NCBI GenBank assembly: GCA_965223335.1
Contig: OZ244991.1
Span: 2,528,001-2,592,000 of the forward strand
Length of the DNA: 64,000 bases
DNA from: Thermodesulfobacteriota bacterium
GTDB lineage: Bacteria > Desulfobacterota_D > UBA1144 > Nemesobacterales > UBA2774
Direction: 5' to 3'
A model generated the notes under the pieces. It was not told the DNA's origin, did not search any database, and saw nothing but the letters and a program-made list of their open reading frames with translations. The translations under genes were made by a program, and so were the position numbers. This document shows positions 18,455 through 28,710 of this stretch, one piece after another (within the stretch, counting starts at the first letter, position 1; every line of letters begins with the position of its first letter).

Positions 18455-18868
18455 ATGAAAATTAAAGAGGTCGTCAAGCTCCTAACACAAGAGAACGGTT
18501 GGTACCTTATACGGATGGAGGGTAGCCACCGCCAATTCAAGCTCCCCCGCCAAAAAGCACGCATAACAATCACATGCGATATGCACAAGGAACTCCCCGA
18601 TACACAGCTCGGCCTCATTCTAGACCATCAGTGCTCGTGCCTAAAGGACCACTACCCCATAGTTGTTGAAAAATCCACCAATTGCTACCTTGCCTATGCC
18701 CCCGACCTCCCCGGCTGTCTCAGTGTCGGTGAGACTGAGGACGAGGCCCGACACCTAGTACAAGAGGCTATCGCACTCCATCTGCAGGGGCTAAAGGAAG
18801 AAGGACTGCAAACCACACATCAGCTAATCGACGATCCTGAGTTCAATGAAGTAAAAACTGCCTCATAA
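18455..18868 (+). CDS. Fused HicA toxin-HicB antitoxin protein
   Basis: N-half MKIKEVVKLL..NGWYLIRMEGSHRQFK is HicA-like (GSH); C-half YPIVVEK..YLAYAPDLPGCLSVGETEDEA..VQEAIALHL is the HicB N-terminal domain; one open frame. Confidence 0.85.
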   Translation: MKIKEVVKLLTQENGWYLIRMEGSHRQFKLPRQKARITITCDMHKELPDTQLGLILDHQCSCLKDHYPIVVEKSTNCYLAYAPDLPGCLSVGETEDEARHLVQEAIALHLQGLKEEGLQTTHQLIDDPEFNEVKTAS

Positions 18869-19563
18869 CTAATGATATTTATTCATTAGGAGCCTACACC
18901 TATACGAGACCTATAACCCTACCCTTAAATTAATCACAACCAGTACCCTAGAAAGCAATTATCTTGCCAGCAAATCTATCCACAAAAAACCAATATATGT
19001 GTATTAACTGTGGATAAGGTGCTATTAATTCCAAAAACCCTTACACTTGATACTATTACTGCCTATAATTATTAGATTTTAAACATACGTATAAAAACAA
19101 ATGTTCAAACCCCCAACTAACTTCTCATTATCACTGACAATTTACATAAATCAGCACAATTTCAGGATATACCCTCTACATTAGCTATGCAATACAACTT
19201 GCTGTAATTACAGAATATATAATAAGATACTTTTTTTGATTCGCCTTTTTGATCGCTGAAAACCAAATTTTCAGCATATCCTAGTTAAAATCGATAAATA
19301 TATTACTCACTATTATCTAGAACTGATATTTTTTTGACTAATAAGATCGATAAAATAATAAAGCGGCTGCTTTATCATCCCATACACTCAAAATTCATTT
19401 TGTTAATAGATTGTGGACAGGTGTGAATAGACATCAACAGTAAAGACGACAGTTTATGAGGCTGTCCATGGTTCAGCATTCACGTTTAAGGTATATATTG
19501 TTGCATTGTACCATCATTTTGGATAAGATGATGTATAAAATATTAATGGGGAGGAGTATAACC

Positions 19564-21435
19564 ATGGGGACGTTATTAACAAACCGTTTCTTTTGTCTTT
19601 TTAGTATTATCGCCATAGCATTTTTCATATCAGCAGGTTGTAATCAGAACAAGAATAAGCCTAAAGAACCAAGTTCCACTACTGAAAAAACGTCAAATAC
19701 CGAGATAAACCCAGAAGTAAATGGCGCTACCGAGCAAAAAACCGCCAATACGATCTACAAAAACGGCAAAATCTATACAGTTAACGACCAACAGCCCTGG
19801 GCAGAGTCAATAGCTATCAAAGACGGCAAATTCATTGCTGTCGGTAGTAATGACGACGTTAACAAGCTAGCAGGCACGGGTACTGAGATAATCGATTTAG
19901 AAGGCAAGTTTGTCATGCCGGGTATCTTTGACTTGCATGTACATCCCTTCGCCACACCATTGTTTAATATGATAAACCTTGACTTCTCCGATCCCACAGA
20001 TCCCGACAAGATGCTCTCTGAGCTCAAGGAATTCGCCGATGCAAACCCCGATAAAAAGTGGATAAGAGCAGGGTCGTGGGGTGTGGGTGTGTTTCCAAAT
20101 AATAGCCCCACCAAGGAAATGTTGGACGAAATCATCCCCGACCGCCCTGTGGTATTAATAGATCAAACTGGTCATGCTTACTGGCTAAACTCCAAGGCAC
20201 TCGAACTCGCTAATATCACATCCGACACACCAACAGATGAGCTCTACATAATAGACAAGGACCCAAAAACAGGTGAACCCTCAGGTACCATACGCGAGAG
20301 CACTATGCGAATGGTTGAACAAGTCGCCGAACAGCCTAGCCTGGAAGAATATTACAAAGCTTTTTCAGACGTATTTCATGAATACAACCAAGAGGGTGTT
20401 ACCAGCATGCAAACCGCCGAGGGCAATACTGCATGGCTCGACGTTGTACAAGCTATGGAGAATAAGGGAGACCTCACAATGCGCCTCTATATAGGGTGGG
20501 ACTGGCATCTGCACTTAACCACTCCGTATACAAACGATGAGATGGACGAGCAGATTCTCAACCGCAGCAAATATGCTTCCGACATGGTTAAGCCCGACTT
20601 CGTTAAAATCTTTACCGACGGTACTCCAGACGGCTATGCTGTACCATTTTTAGAGCCCTACTCAGATGGATCTGGGAAATACGGTAAGGGCAAGTTGAGT
20701 CCAGAAGAGCTGAAAGAAATAGTCATAGGCTTTGACAAAGAGGGAGTAGGAGTGTTCATGCACGCTATTGGTGATGCGAGCGTGCGTGCAGCCCTAGACG
20801 CCATCGAGGCCGCGCGCAAGACTAATGGAGACACCGGTGTACGCCATAAAGTGGCTCATACAATGTTGGTCCATCCCGATGACCTACCCCGCTTTTCCAG
20901 TATACCGGGTGTAGCAGTAGAGATATCCCCGGCTGTCACATATCCCCTACCTGCGTTTGAAGGCTATATCCCGCTTATTGGAGAAGAACGATACAACCGA
21001 ATATATGCTGCGGGGTCGCTAATGAAATCCGGGGCTCGCGTAGGCTATGGCAGTGATTGGCTCACAATGATCCCACCCAGTCCGTGGATGCCTATGCAGG
21101 GGTTTGTAACCCGAACTAATCCTAAGATGCCAGAGAAAGGGGAATTAGGCAAAAACGAGACACTCTCGGTAGAACAGGTAATAAAAGTATTCACGTTAAA
21201 CGGGGCTTATGCCGTGGGAGTAGATGACAAACTGGGCTCGATAGAAGTGGGCAAATTGGCCGACATGATTGTACTTGATCATAATCTCTTTCAGATCAAA
21301 CCCACGGATATTCGAAACACCCAGGTACTCAGAACCGTGCTAGGCGGTAAGGTTGTTTACGAAAGAGCTAAGGACAAAGAGTTAAACATCATTGACGAAG
21401 AGGACTATGAAAAATCCCGCAGGATTGTGCACTGA
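19564..21435 (+). CDS. Amidohydrolase_3 (YtcJ-like) lipoprotein
   Basis: PGIFDLHVH, KIFTDG, HAIGD, GSDW, GSIEVGKLAD; lipobox SAGC; RBS GGAGGA before ATG 19564. Confidence 0.9.
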   Translation: MGTLLTNRFFCLFSIIAIAFFISAGCNQNKNKPKEPSSTTEKTSNTEINPEVNGATEQKTANTIYKNGKIYTVNDQQPWAESIAIKDGKFIAVGSNDDVNKLAGTGTEIIDLEGKFVMPGIFDLHVHPFATPLFNMINLDFSDPTDPDKMLSELKEFADANPDKKWIRAGSWGVGVFPNNSPTKEMLDEIIPDRPVVLIDQTGHAYWLNSKALELANITSDTPTDELYIIDKDPKTGEPSGTIRESTMRMVEQVAEQPSLEEYYKAFSDVFHEYNQEGVTSMQTAEGNTAWLDVVQAMENKGDLTMRLYIGWDWHLHLTTPYTNDEMDEQILNRSKYASDMVKPDFVKIFTDGTPDGYAVPFLEPYSDGSGKYGKGKLSPEELKEIVIGFDKEGVGVFMHAIGDASVRAALDAIEAARKTNGDTGVRHKVAHTMLVHPDDLPRFSSIPGVAVEISPAVTYPLPAFEGYIPLIGEERYNRIYAAGSLMKSGARVGYGSDWLTMIPPSPWMPMQGFVTRTNPKMPEKGELGKNETLSVEQVIKVFTLNGAYAVGVDDKLGSIEVGKLADMIVLDHNLFQIKPTDIRNTQVLRTVLGGKVVYERAKDKELNIIDEEDYEKSRRIVH

Positions 21436-21694
21436 GAAAATATTCTATCTATTCGGCTGTTCTCAGAACTAAATTGCGGGAAATACTGCTTTTTCTAAGC
21501 CATATATATGTATATTTTCTGATATAACCAACAAAATCTGATAACTAGGAGTATAATTACTTTATCGGTTTGCTGCGGGATGGGACCATTAGTCGACTAC
21601 TTGTAATACTTCTAATTCTACATTAAAATGGATTCCCTACTTCGCAACATATAGTTACTCACCGTAATACCATGTCTGGGAGGACGTTTTGAGG

Positions 21695-21952
21695 ATGGAG
21701 AAAGAGGTACAAGACACCAACAACAATCAAATTAAAGATATATTCGACGAAGACCCCAAAAGCCAGTTGCTATTCGATCTATTGCGGACCTGCGTGTCTC
21801 AGCGCATACAGATCCAGGCACTCGAGAACCTGCTCATAGAAAACGGGGTAGTAGACCCGGAAAAGCTCAAAGAACACTATAAAGACCTGCTAGTTAACTC
21901 CGCCGACGACATTATCAACGAGATAATCAACAGATTCGGCAAAGCAGATTAA
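21695..21952 (+). CDS. Hypothetical helical protein
   Basis: ORF with ALENLLIENG segment and upstream GGGAGG. Confidence 0.6.
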   Translation: MEKEVQDTNNNQIKDIFDEDPKSQLLFDLLRTCVSQRIQIQALENLLIENGVVDPEKLKEHYKDLLVNSADDIINEIINRFGKAD

Positions 21953-22101
21953 TATACAATCAAATAATTCTAATCAACTTCACTTGTAACTGTCGGTAAA
22001 AACTAATATAATATCCTACAACATATTCTAGGAGAGACTCTCAATCTAACTCACAAGTTCTCAACACACAACTAAAACTAAATCGGCGAGGAACACTCTT
22101 C

Positions 22102-22296
22102 ATGAACACATGCCCCCACTGCAACTCTCGTATTAACCCCGAAGCGCCCAGATGCCCAAACTGCCACAAGCCCCTGGACCCTGTTCCCCAAATGCCTACT
22201 AAACGCGATGCCACAATCATATTTATAATGGTCCTTATCGCATCCGTACTAGGTCTGGTCACAATGTTTTTGCTATCTATACAGTTCGACAATTAG
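22102..22296 (+). CDS. Zinc-ribbon membrane protein
   Basis: CPHC...CPNC followed by a C-terminal TM. Confidence 0.7.
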   Translation: MNTCPHCNSRINPEAPRCPNCHKPLDPVPQMPTKRDATIIFIMVLIASVLGLVTMFLLSIQFDN

Positions 22297-22421
22297 TACT
22301 CACATCGTATTGTGTAACACAATCTAACTTCCAAAAATAGTTCATATATACGTACAAAATACGTAATTCTCCGTCCATATTCCTTCAGCCATTAAGTCAG
22401 CACTCTTATATTATTCAATGA

Positions 22422-22477
22422 TATCAGTAAGTTGCTACGATAACCACAAGCAACACAAAATGGTATAAAATTTGCAT
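22422..22477 (+). promoter_or_regulatory. IHF site plus sigma54-type promoter
   Basis: TATCAGTAAGTTG (22422-34) = WATCARNNNNTTR; TGGTATAAAATTTGCA (22461-76) = GG-N10-GC. Confidence 0.55.
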
Positions 22478-22543
22478 AATTATTCATTGAATACAATTTG
22501 TAGAGGTCAACAAAGTAAATATATTACTTGCGAGGAACTAGTT

Positions 22544-22960
22544 ATGCATAGATTGATATTAACCGCATTAGTACTGATAGTAGGGCTTGGTATTGCTTGT
22601 GCCCCCAAATCCACCGACTTAATGAAAGCAACAACAAAGAGCAACAATGTATATGAAGAGATCGCGCCTCAAGTACAGTATGCGCTAGACATGGCTGGCT
22701 CAGATACCAAGAAAAAAGAGCAACTACTCAAGATACAACACAAACTCGACAATTTTGTTGTAGCTCGTGATCAATGCATGGCCGATATGAAGGTTTGGGA
22801 CGAGACCGGCACTCCTCCTCCCGACACCCGTGCAAACTTCGAGACAATGAAAAAAGAGATCACAGACGCAGTCGTAATGTCGCATGCTGTCTACATCTAC
22901 CATAGCGAGTGCTCAGCCACGACTGCTATAAAGGGTAAAGCCGGCAACAGCTGTCAATAA
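22544..22960 (+). CDS. Hypothetical lipoprotein
   Basis: Start ATG 22544 after GAGG; lipobox GIAC. Confidence 0.7.
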   Translation: MHRLILTALVLIVGLGIACAPKSTDLMKATTKSNNVYEEIAPQVQYALDMAGSDTKKKEQLLKIQHKLDNFVVARDQCMADMKVWDETGTPPPDTRANFETMKKEITDAVVMSHAVYIYHSECSATTAIKGKAGNSCQ

Positions 22961-23088
22961 AATCTTATCAGCCGAGCATATCCGCCCCACCCTACGCGCA
23001 GGTTATATGCGATACCGGCTACGTTTAGATAACTTTTATGTGAGGTCATGTTGAGCCCGAGACTATTGACGTTGTCTACCTTACTATC

Positions 23089-23108
23089 TTTGTGGTCGCG
23101 ACCACAAA
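23089..23108. terminator. Perfect 20-bp palindrome between convergent genes, probable terminator stem
   Basis: TTTGTGGTCGCGACCACAAA, 3 nt past the lipase stop. Confidence 0.45.
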
Positions 23109-23111
23109 CCC

Positions 23112-24173
23112 CTAGGGGTCGTCTTCACCGTCACAGCCCACAGCCCTCATCGAACACGTGGAGGGATCAGACCCCTTCATGCATAGTGTCATAAAATAGG
23201 TACACATGCTGTGATCCTCTTCGATATCGGATTTGTTATCAAATCCATACTCCGCCAGGTCCCCGGCGATCGTAGCCTGGTCGCACATAGCCTTTGTGAA
23301 ATCAGGAAGCGGGGGCAACGTCACACCAAATGTAATCTGGTGCTCGTTCGCCGTGTGTACATACATTAGATCGGTGCAGTCCAATCCAAGCGGGGGCAGT
23401 TTGGGTACCAGGTCATTGGTGTTCACCACGCGCCAGCTCACATGATCGGCGTCATACTCGGCCTCGTAAGCACTGGTGAAATCGCTGTTGCCCACACCCG
23501 GGCCCGCAAAGTTATACATGGTTACGGATTTTATAGTTGTGTTCTGGGTAAGGTCCGGAAACGCAAGCACAGCAACCGCAGCACCCAGGCTATGCCCTGT
23601 GATATATAGAGTGTCATAGCTTCCGGTTTTGATCAGTTCATCGAGCTCTGTGATAATATCCCCCTCTATAGGGTTTGCATCTGAGCCCTCATATGTTTCC
23701 TGAAACCCACCCGACACCTTCCCTCCCATGGGGATGAACTTATAGTCCTCCTGCTCCACGGCTAAATCACTAAGTGCATCCGCTACATTGGCCGTGCCCC
23801 TAAATACGAGGTAGATGCTGGAACCCTCGGTGGCTATAAACGCAATTGGGATAACACCCGAGTCGTCTTTGCATGTATCGTTAAAAAAACTGTTCACGCC
23901 CTCGAATATTACCTTTTCGAGTTTGTACGGAGAAGGCACCGTTATAGCGCTTTTGCCTGTATTTATGCACTGTAGTCGCTGTTCATATGCTACCAGGCTC
24001 AGCTCCCCAAGCTCAATCGCGAGCTCGAGGTTAAAGACCCCGGTCTCTACCTCCTCCTCTTCTCCCGGCAGGGGCTCTGTCCCTCCCCCACTGTTGTTAT
24101 TGTTACAGCCCCCGGCCACTGCAAACGAAACAAGTATTAGAAAAAATATCGAAAAAGCCTTATTAATTGTCAT
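23112..24173 (-). CDS. Lipase class 3 family lipoprotein
   Basis: VFRGT, TGHSLGAA, DLVPKLP; lipobox AGGC. Confidence 0.9.
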   Translation of the reverse strand: MTINKAFSIFFLILVSFAVAGGCNNNNSGGGTEPLPGEEEEVETGVFNLELAIELGELSLVAYEQRLQCINTGKSAITVPSPYKLEKVIFEGVNSFFNDTCKDDSGVIPIAFIATEGSSIYLVFRGTANVADALSDLAVEQEDYKFIPMGGKVSGGFQETYEGSDANPIEGDIITELDELIKTGSYDTLYITGHSLGAAVAVLAFPDLTQNTTIKSVTMYNFAGPGVGNSDFTSAYEAEYDADHVSWRVVNTNDLVPKLPPLGLDCTDLMYVHTANEHQITFGVTLPPLPDFTKAMCDQATIAGDLAEYGFDNKSDIEEDHSMCTYFMTLCMKGSDPSTCSMRAVGCDGEDDP

Positions 24174-24339
24174 GGTTTCTCCTTTGTCTTGCTATCGAGG
24201 TTATATTAAGTTTACCAGCGATCTGCAAGAGAAGGTGCAAATTTTATCATCGCCACTTTTAGCGTTCTATACACAGTGCTGTCAGGTAGGCTACGGCCGA
24301 GATCGGGGACTCTGGCCGTGGCTTCATTGTGTAAGTGGT

Positions 24340-25803
24340 TTAATCCCTGTAGCCGTACTTACCCCAATTCTCCATCACTCGGTTTTTAATTTCCTCAGGA
24401 TAGCCGTACTCAAAGCTGGCAATGTGAGAGCGGTCAAAATCCGGGAGTAGCCCGTTGTATACTACTTTGGTACTGCTCGTGTCCTTTTTCTCAACTTTTG
24501 TAAGATAGTGGATAAGCGGCATAGTTCTTTGGTGTTGGTAGAGGTGAGCGTCCTTGTCCGGGTGGCAGCGTGTGGCAAACGCCCATACGACCTGATTCAC
24601 ATCGCTCGGGTCAATATCGTCGTCAAGCAGTATAACCTTGGGTATGTCTATTCCGGGCTTACTCTTGAATATAATATCCTTCGCATCATGTGCGAGGTTT
24701 TTGGCACTTTCCAACGTGTGGTGCTGTCGGTCCACAGTGACCACAAGCCAGTGCACAGCGCTCTCAAGCAAGCAAAAGCAGCTCGCCGCGGGGAAGTTAT
24801 GGCGTCGGAGCTCGGCCAGTATCGCAGCTGAATACATGGTGCCACAACACGTGTGTGTGTCCTCGACCGGTACCCCAGCAGCAACTATCGGGAGTATCGG
24901 GTCGTTTCTATGCGTTATGGCCGAGATGTGATACACGGGCTCGTGCTCGGGCTCGCCAATGTACCCGGCAAACTCACCCATAGGCCCCTCGCTCACCGTC
25001 TCGGTGTTAGATATATGCCCCTCTATTACAATCTCACAGGTCGCAGGCACTTTTAGGTCCACGGTCTTACAGTCCACCAACTCGATCGGCTCGCCAAAAT
25101 GCGCCCCCAGCACCCCAGCCTCGTCCACCCCCTGGTTGATAGGCATGCCCGAGAACATGGGCACAGCCGGCTCACATCCGAGTGCTATTGCAAAGGGCAT
25201 AGGCTTGCTAATCTCCTGCCACATGCTCCGTATAATGCCCAAATGCTGCTGCGGGGGCACAAGCCCCGTCATACGGTTTTTATCCAGCACCATTACCCTG
25301 TTTATGGACCAGTTCGTCCAAGATTTATCAGGTGTCTGGGCGACTATCGTACCCCAGGTGTTTATGTACCGCCCACCGTCACCGCCGTGAATGAGTGGCA
25401 CGGGGAATTTCATGATGTCTATATCATCCCCCATCATCACATTCTCCTGACACACTCCCTGGTCAACTGTTATCGGGGGTATGGGTTTTTTCTCGAGTGC
25501 ATCTGCAATTGTGTTTATGATTTCGACTGCACCTGTAGTGGGCGAAAAACCGAGTGAGATGGCAATACGCGCAAATTTAAGCCCGCGCTGGCTGCTTAAC
25601 CCTGCCGAAGCGCCCAGAATCCTAAACCCTTTTTCACTATCCTTTATTGTATTGAACAACGGTGCAGGGGCACCCAGGTCGTAGGCCCTCCTAAGTACCG
25701 CACCCACCTCAAGTTCCCAGTCCACCTCAACATCAATCTCGTTTAGCTCCCCAAGGCCCTCAAGCCTCTTGATATAATCTCTTAGATCCTTTATCCGCTT
25801 CAT
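24340..25803 (-). CDS. UbiD family (prFMN-dependent) decarboxylase
   Basis: DGGRY, EGPMGEFAGY, DDDID, WAFATRCHP. Confidence 0.93.
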   Translation of the reverse strand: MKRIKDLRDYIKRLEGLGELNEIDVEVDWELEVGAVLRRAYDLGAPAPLFNTIKDSEKGFRILGASAGLSSQRGLKFARIAISLGFSPTTGAVEIINTIADALEKKPIPPITVDQGVCQENVMMGDDIDIMKFPVPLIHGGDGGRYINTWGTIVAQTPDKSWTNWSINRVMVLDKNRMTGLVPPQQHLGIIRSMWQEISKPMPFAIALGCEPAVPMFSGMPINQGVDEAGVLGAHFGEPIELVDCKTVDLKVPATCEIVIEGHISNTETVSEGPMGEFAGYIGEPEHEPVYHISAITHRNDPILPIVAAGVPVEDTHTCCGTMYSAAILAELRRHNFPAASCFCLLESAVHWLVVTVDRQHHTLESAKNLAHDAKDIIFKSKPGIDIPKVILLDDDIDPSDVNQVVWAFATRCHPDKDAHLYQHQRTMPLIHYLTKVEKKDTSSTKVVYNGLLPDFDRSHIASFEYGYPEEIKNRVMENWGKYGYRD

Positions 25804-25813
25804 ACTCACTCCC

Positions 25814-27217
25814 CTACTGTTTGTTGGTTTTATTTTTTTTCATCTTTCTTATATACCGGATTATTTCCTCGCCGCCCTCACCCGGCCATTCCCAGTCAAA
25901 CAGCGTGATTTTTGTAACAGGCACGGCATCGTCCCCAAACACAAGCACTGCTCGCATCCCGTCCGACCACCACGGCTGGTCCATAAAATTGCGCTCGGGC
26001 TCAGCCCGTGATGATACCGGCACTCCACTTATATAACCCAGCTTTACCACCCCGCCTGAAAACATCATATCCTGCTCCAGGTACTTCCTGGCCTCGTCCA
26101 GGTTGGGGTCTATCGCGTGGGCTGTGAGCCATGGGGTTTTAAGCGTTATGTACGATCCCACATCGCGGCTAATCGCCCCTATCCAGACCTCCTTACCTTT
26201 GTAACGCATCGGCAAGAGCCACATCCTCAAATGGTTGCGTTCGTGTATGGTGGATCTGGCCTTTTGCAGTCCTATGTCCTGCGGGCGGTTCATAAAAAAG
26301 AGACTGCTCATGGGTGAGGTCCTGTATCTCTTGTGCGAGAAAAACGCCTTAAACGACCTCCATCCCGAGCCCACGTTAATAGTTTCTGTCACATCCCACC
26401 CTCGTCGTATAAAGGCCGAGAACACATCCGGTCGGTCACCGATGATTATGAAATTGAGCGGGTCGTTCTGCCCCGACCCGTCCCTCCTCGATGTACAACA
26501 CGTAAGCCCCTCGAGCGCTGCCCTCAACTCCACCTCTGTTTCGTAATCTGCTATCTCGTCCTCATTGTAGAGGTTATCAAAATCCACTCTCTGGTAATCG
26601 GTCCTTAGCCCCGGTATCTCAAAATAAAACACAAAATTCTCGTCAATATGGTCACCGTACACCGTGACGTTCACATACTTCACACCCGGGTCCCAAGTGG
26701 TGTGTATAAACCCGCTCAGCTCACCCCCGGGGGCAACCTCGCGCTCAAGGGCGTTCTCATCAAAGTACCGGTTGATAATCTCATTCACCGGGCTCGCAGG
26801 TCTATAGTTCATGTACGAGGCTTCGTTCGGCGAAAAATAACCCGGGTCTACCGACACATGCAACACCCTCACCGGATAGTTGTTCGTATTGTGTATCTCT
26901 ATCCAAAGGGGTTGAATCCCATACCTGGCCAGGTTCACACCAAATACCTTTCTGCTTTGCTCATCGCTTAAGACCGATGCCGTCACCTCTATTCCACCCT
27001 CAGTCTCGGTCTTTGAATTCACACGTATGGGCACTTCCGCAAGAGGATCAGATGCGGGCGAGTACACCCTGCAACCCCTCTGGGGAGGCACCCCGTAGAC
27101 CCCAGTCTCGTGTTCTGTCTGGCTCCCACAGTATGTCCCGCAGCCTGTCACCGGGATTACTAGCAATGAGACAACCCATAGATACTGCATGACGAGTTTA
27201 GTAGACATTCCTTTCAT
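25814..27217 (-). CDS. LssY C-terminal domain-like lipoprotein
   Basis: DPLN, RPQDIGLQKAR, RNHLRMW, HAIDPNLDEAR; lipobox VTGC. Confidence 0.75.
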   Translation of the reverse strand: MKGMSTKLVMQYLWVVSLLVIPVTGCGTYCGSQTEHETGVYGVPPQRGCRVYSPASDPLAEVPIRVNSKTETEGGIEVTASVLSDEQSRKVFGVNLARYGIQPLWIEIHNTNNYPVRVLHVSVDPGYFSPNEASYMNYRPASPVNEIINRYFDENALEREVAPGGELSGFIHTTWDPGVKYVNVTVYGDHIDENFVFYFEIPGLRTDYQRVDFDNLYNEDEIADYETEVELRAALEGLTCCTSRRDGSGQNDPLNFIIIGDRPDVFSAFIRRGWDVTETINVGSGWRSFKAFFSHKRYRTSPMSSLFFMNRPQDIGLQKARSTIHERNHLRMWLLPMRYKGKEVWIGAISRDVGSYITLKTPWLTAHAIDPNLDEARKYLEQDMMFSGGVVKLGYISGVPVSSRAEPERNFMDQPWWSDGMRAVLVFGDDAVPVTKITLFDWEWPGEGGEEIIRYIRKMKKNKTNKQ

Positions 27218-27220
27218 AAC

Positions 27221-28531
27221 CTATTTTAATTCCTCAACATTTCCTCGGTTCAGATACCCGTCGTCCACATCCTCCCACTCAAAATGCTCAAGCTCAGTCC
27301 AACTACTTAGCTCATCCCCTACAATCAACACCGCTCGATAGCCGTCAGTCCACCAGGGCTGTCCATAGAAATTACTATGCGGCTTCTCCCTTGTCGCACG
27401 CCCCACCCCGGCCACATAGCCCGACTTGTTCACCCCCTGCGAGAATACTAGGTCCTCCGCCAAAAAATCCCTGATCTCATCCACATCGGGGTCAATCTCC
27501 TGCGACATAAACCAGTACTTACGCACCCTCAGGTCAGACCCAATATCGCGTATAATCGAACCCAGCCACACATAGTCCCCCCGGTAACGAAACGGTGCCA
27601 GCCAAAGACGCACTTCATTGCGCTGCCTATAGAGCGTGCCTTCGGTCTGCCGGGACTTTTGGAAACCTATATCCTGGCGACGGCCGTATAAATACTGATT
27701 GCTCATGGGTTGCGTGCGGTAGCGCGCGGTGTTAAAAATCTTATCGAAGTCGAGCTTAAACTCCTCGGATTTAGCCTCGGTCACATCCCACCTCCGCCTC
27801 ACAAACGCCGCAAACATATCCTCCGGGTCACCGATTATCACCACGTTAAGCGCATTGCCGAGTTCCCTGCCGTCCTCGCTCGTGGTGCAGCACTCGATAG
27901 ACTCCAATACCCCTCGCAATTCCTCCTCGGTGCGGTAGTCCACTATCTCCCGGTCGCTGTATAAACCGTGAAAGTCCACGACCTGGTAATCGGTCTGTAT
28001 ACCCGGGACCTGGAAATAGAATATAAACCTCTCGAGCCTGTCCAACCCATAGAGTGCTATGTTCACGTATTTTATTGCAGGGTCTAGGTTCGTATACACA
28101 AAACCCGCTTTGCGTTTCCCTGGGAGCAGATACGTACTCTCAAACGCCAGGTCCTCGAACAACACGTCCATCTGCTCGTTAGCCGCACGCCCCATCTTAA
28201 AGTGATTTAGCCACGCAACCTCGTTGGCCGAGAAGTAATTCTGGTCAAGTGTAATCGGGAGAAAAGCAAACGGGATATCAGCGTTGTTCTCAATATCGAC
28301 CCATACAGGTTGAACTCCCTTAGTGGCAAGGTCCACCCCAAACACCTCCTTACTCTCATCTCGGTTTAGCACCGCAACAGTAACCTTGAGGCCGCCCTGC
28401 TCCTCGGTCTGTGCTCTCTCTAGATATGAGACCTGGTCTATCGGGGTAGGTGAAAATGTTGCAGCACACCCCCAGGCAGTTAAAGCTACAAGTGTTATCC
28501 AAAACTGCTTCGATGCTCCAATCTGGGCCAT
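27221..28531 (-). CDS. LssY C-terminal domain-like lipoprotein (paralog of the adjacent gene)
   Basis: RRQDIGFQKSR, RNEVRLW, IDPDVDEIR, WWTDG; lipobox AWGC. Confidence 0.75.
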   Translation of the reverse strand: MAQIGASKQFWITLVALTAWGCAATFSPTPIDQVSYLERAQTEEQGGLKVTVAVLNRDESKEVFGVDLATKGVQPVWVDIENNADIPFAFLPITLDQNYFSANEVAWLNHFKMGRAANEQMDVLFEDLAFESTYLLPGKRKAGFVYTNLDPAIKYVNIALYGLDRLERFIFYFQVPGIQTDYQVVDFHGLYSDREIVDYRTEEELRGVLESIECCTTSEDGRELGNALNVVIIGDPEDMFAAFVRRRWDVTEAKSEEFKLDFDKIFNTARYRTQPMSNQYLYGRRQDIGFQKSRQTEGTLYRQRNEVRLWLAPFRYRGDYVWLGSIIRDIGSDLRVRKYWFMSQEIDPDVDEIRDFLAEDLVFSQGVNKSGYVAGVGRATREKPHSNFYGQPWWTDGYRAVLIVGDELSSWTELEHFEWEDVDDGYLNRGNVEELK

Positions 28532-28710
28532 ATGAATCTTACAATACTAAAAATCTAATCTGCAACCACAATCGGAACTTTACTCTAGGGCTTTATTCGC
28601 AGTCTACATTTGTCTTTGATAGCACTTCGTGTCATTGCGATAGTCCTAGTCACCTTGCAGCATACAGAAACTCGCTAGTGGGCAGCTCCATCGAGATTGC
28701 CTGTGGCGAA

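Noticed and set aside
18869..19563. Chromosomal oriC
   Set aside because: No dnaA/dnaN/gidA neighbours, and gene orientation and apparent C-richness of the plus strand do not switch; kept only as a DnaA-box cluster.
23815..24450. Long antisense ORFs (this one, 29081-29698, 29885-30538, 38681-39343, 5934-6509 and similar)
   Set aside because: Shadow frames of well-supported genes on the opposite strand, with no recognisable motifs.
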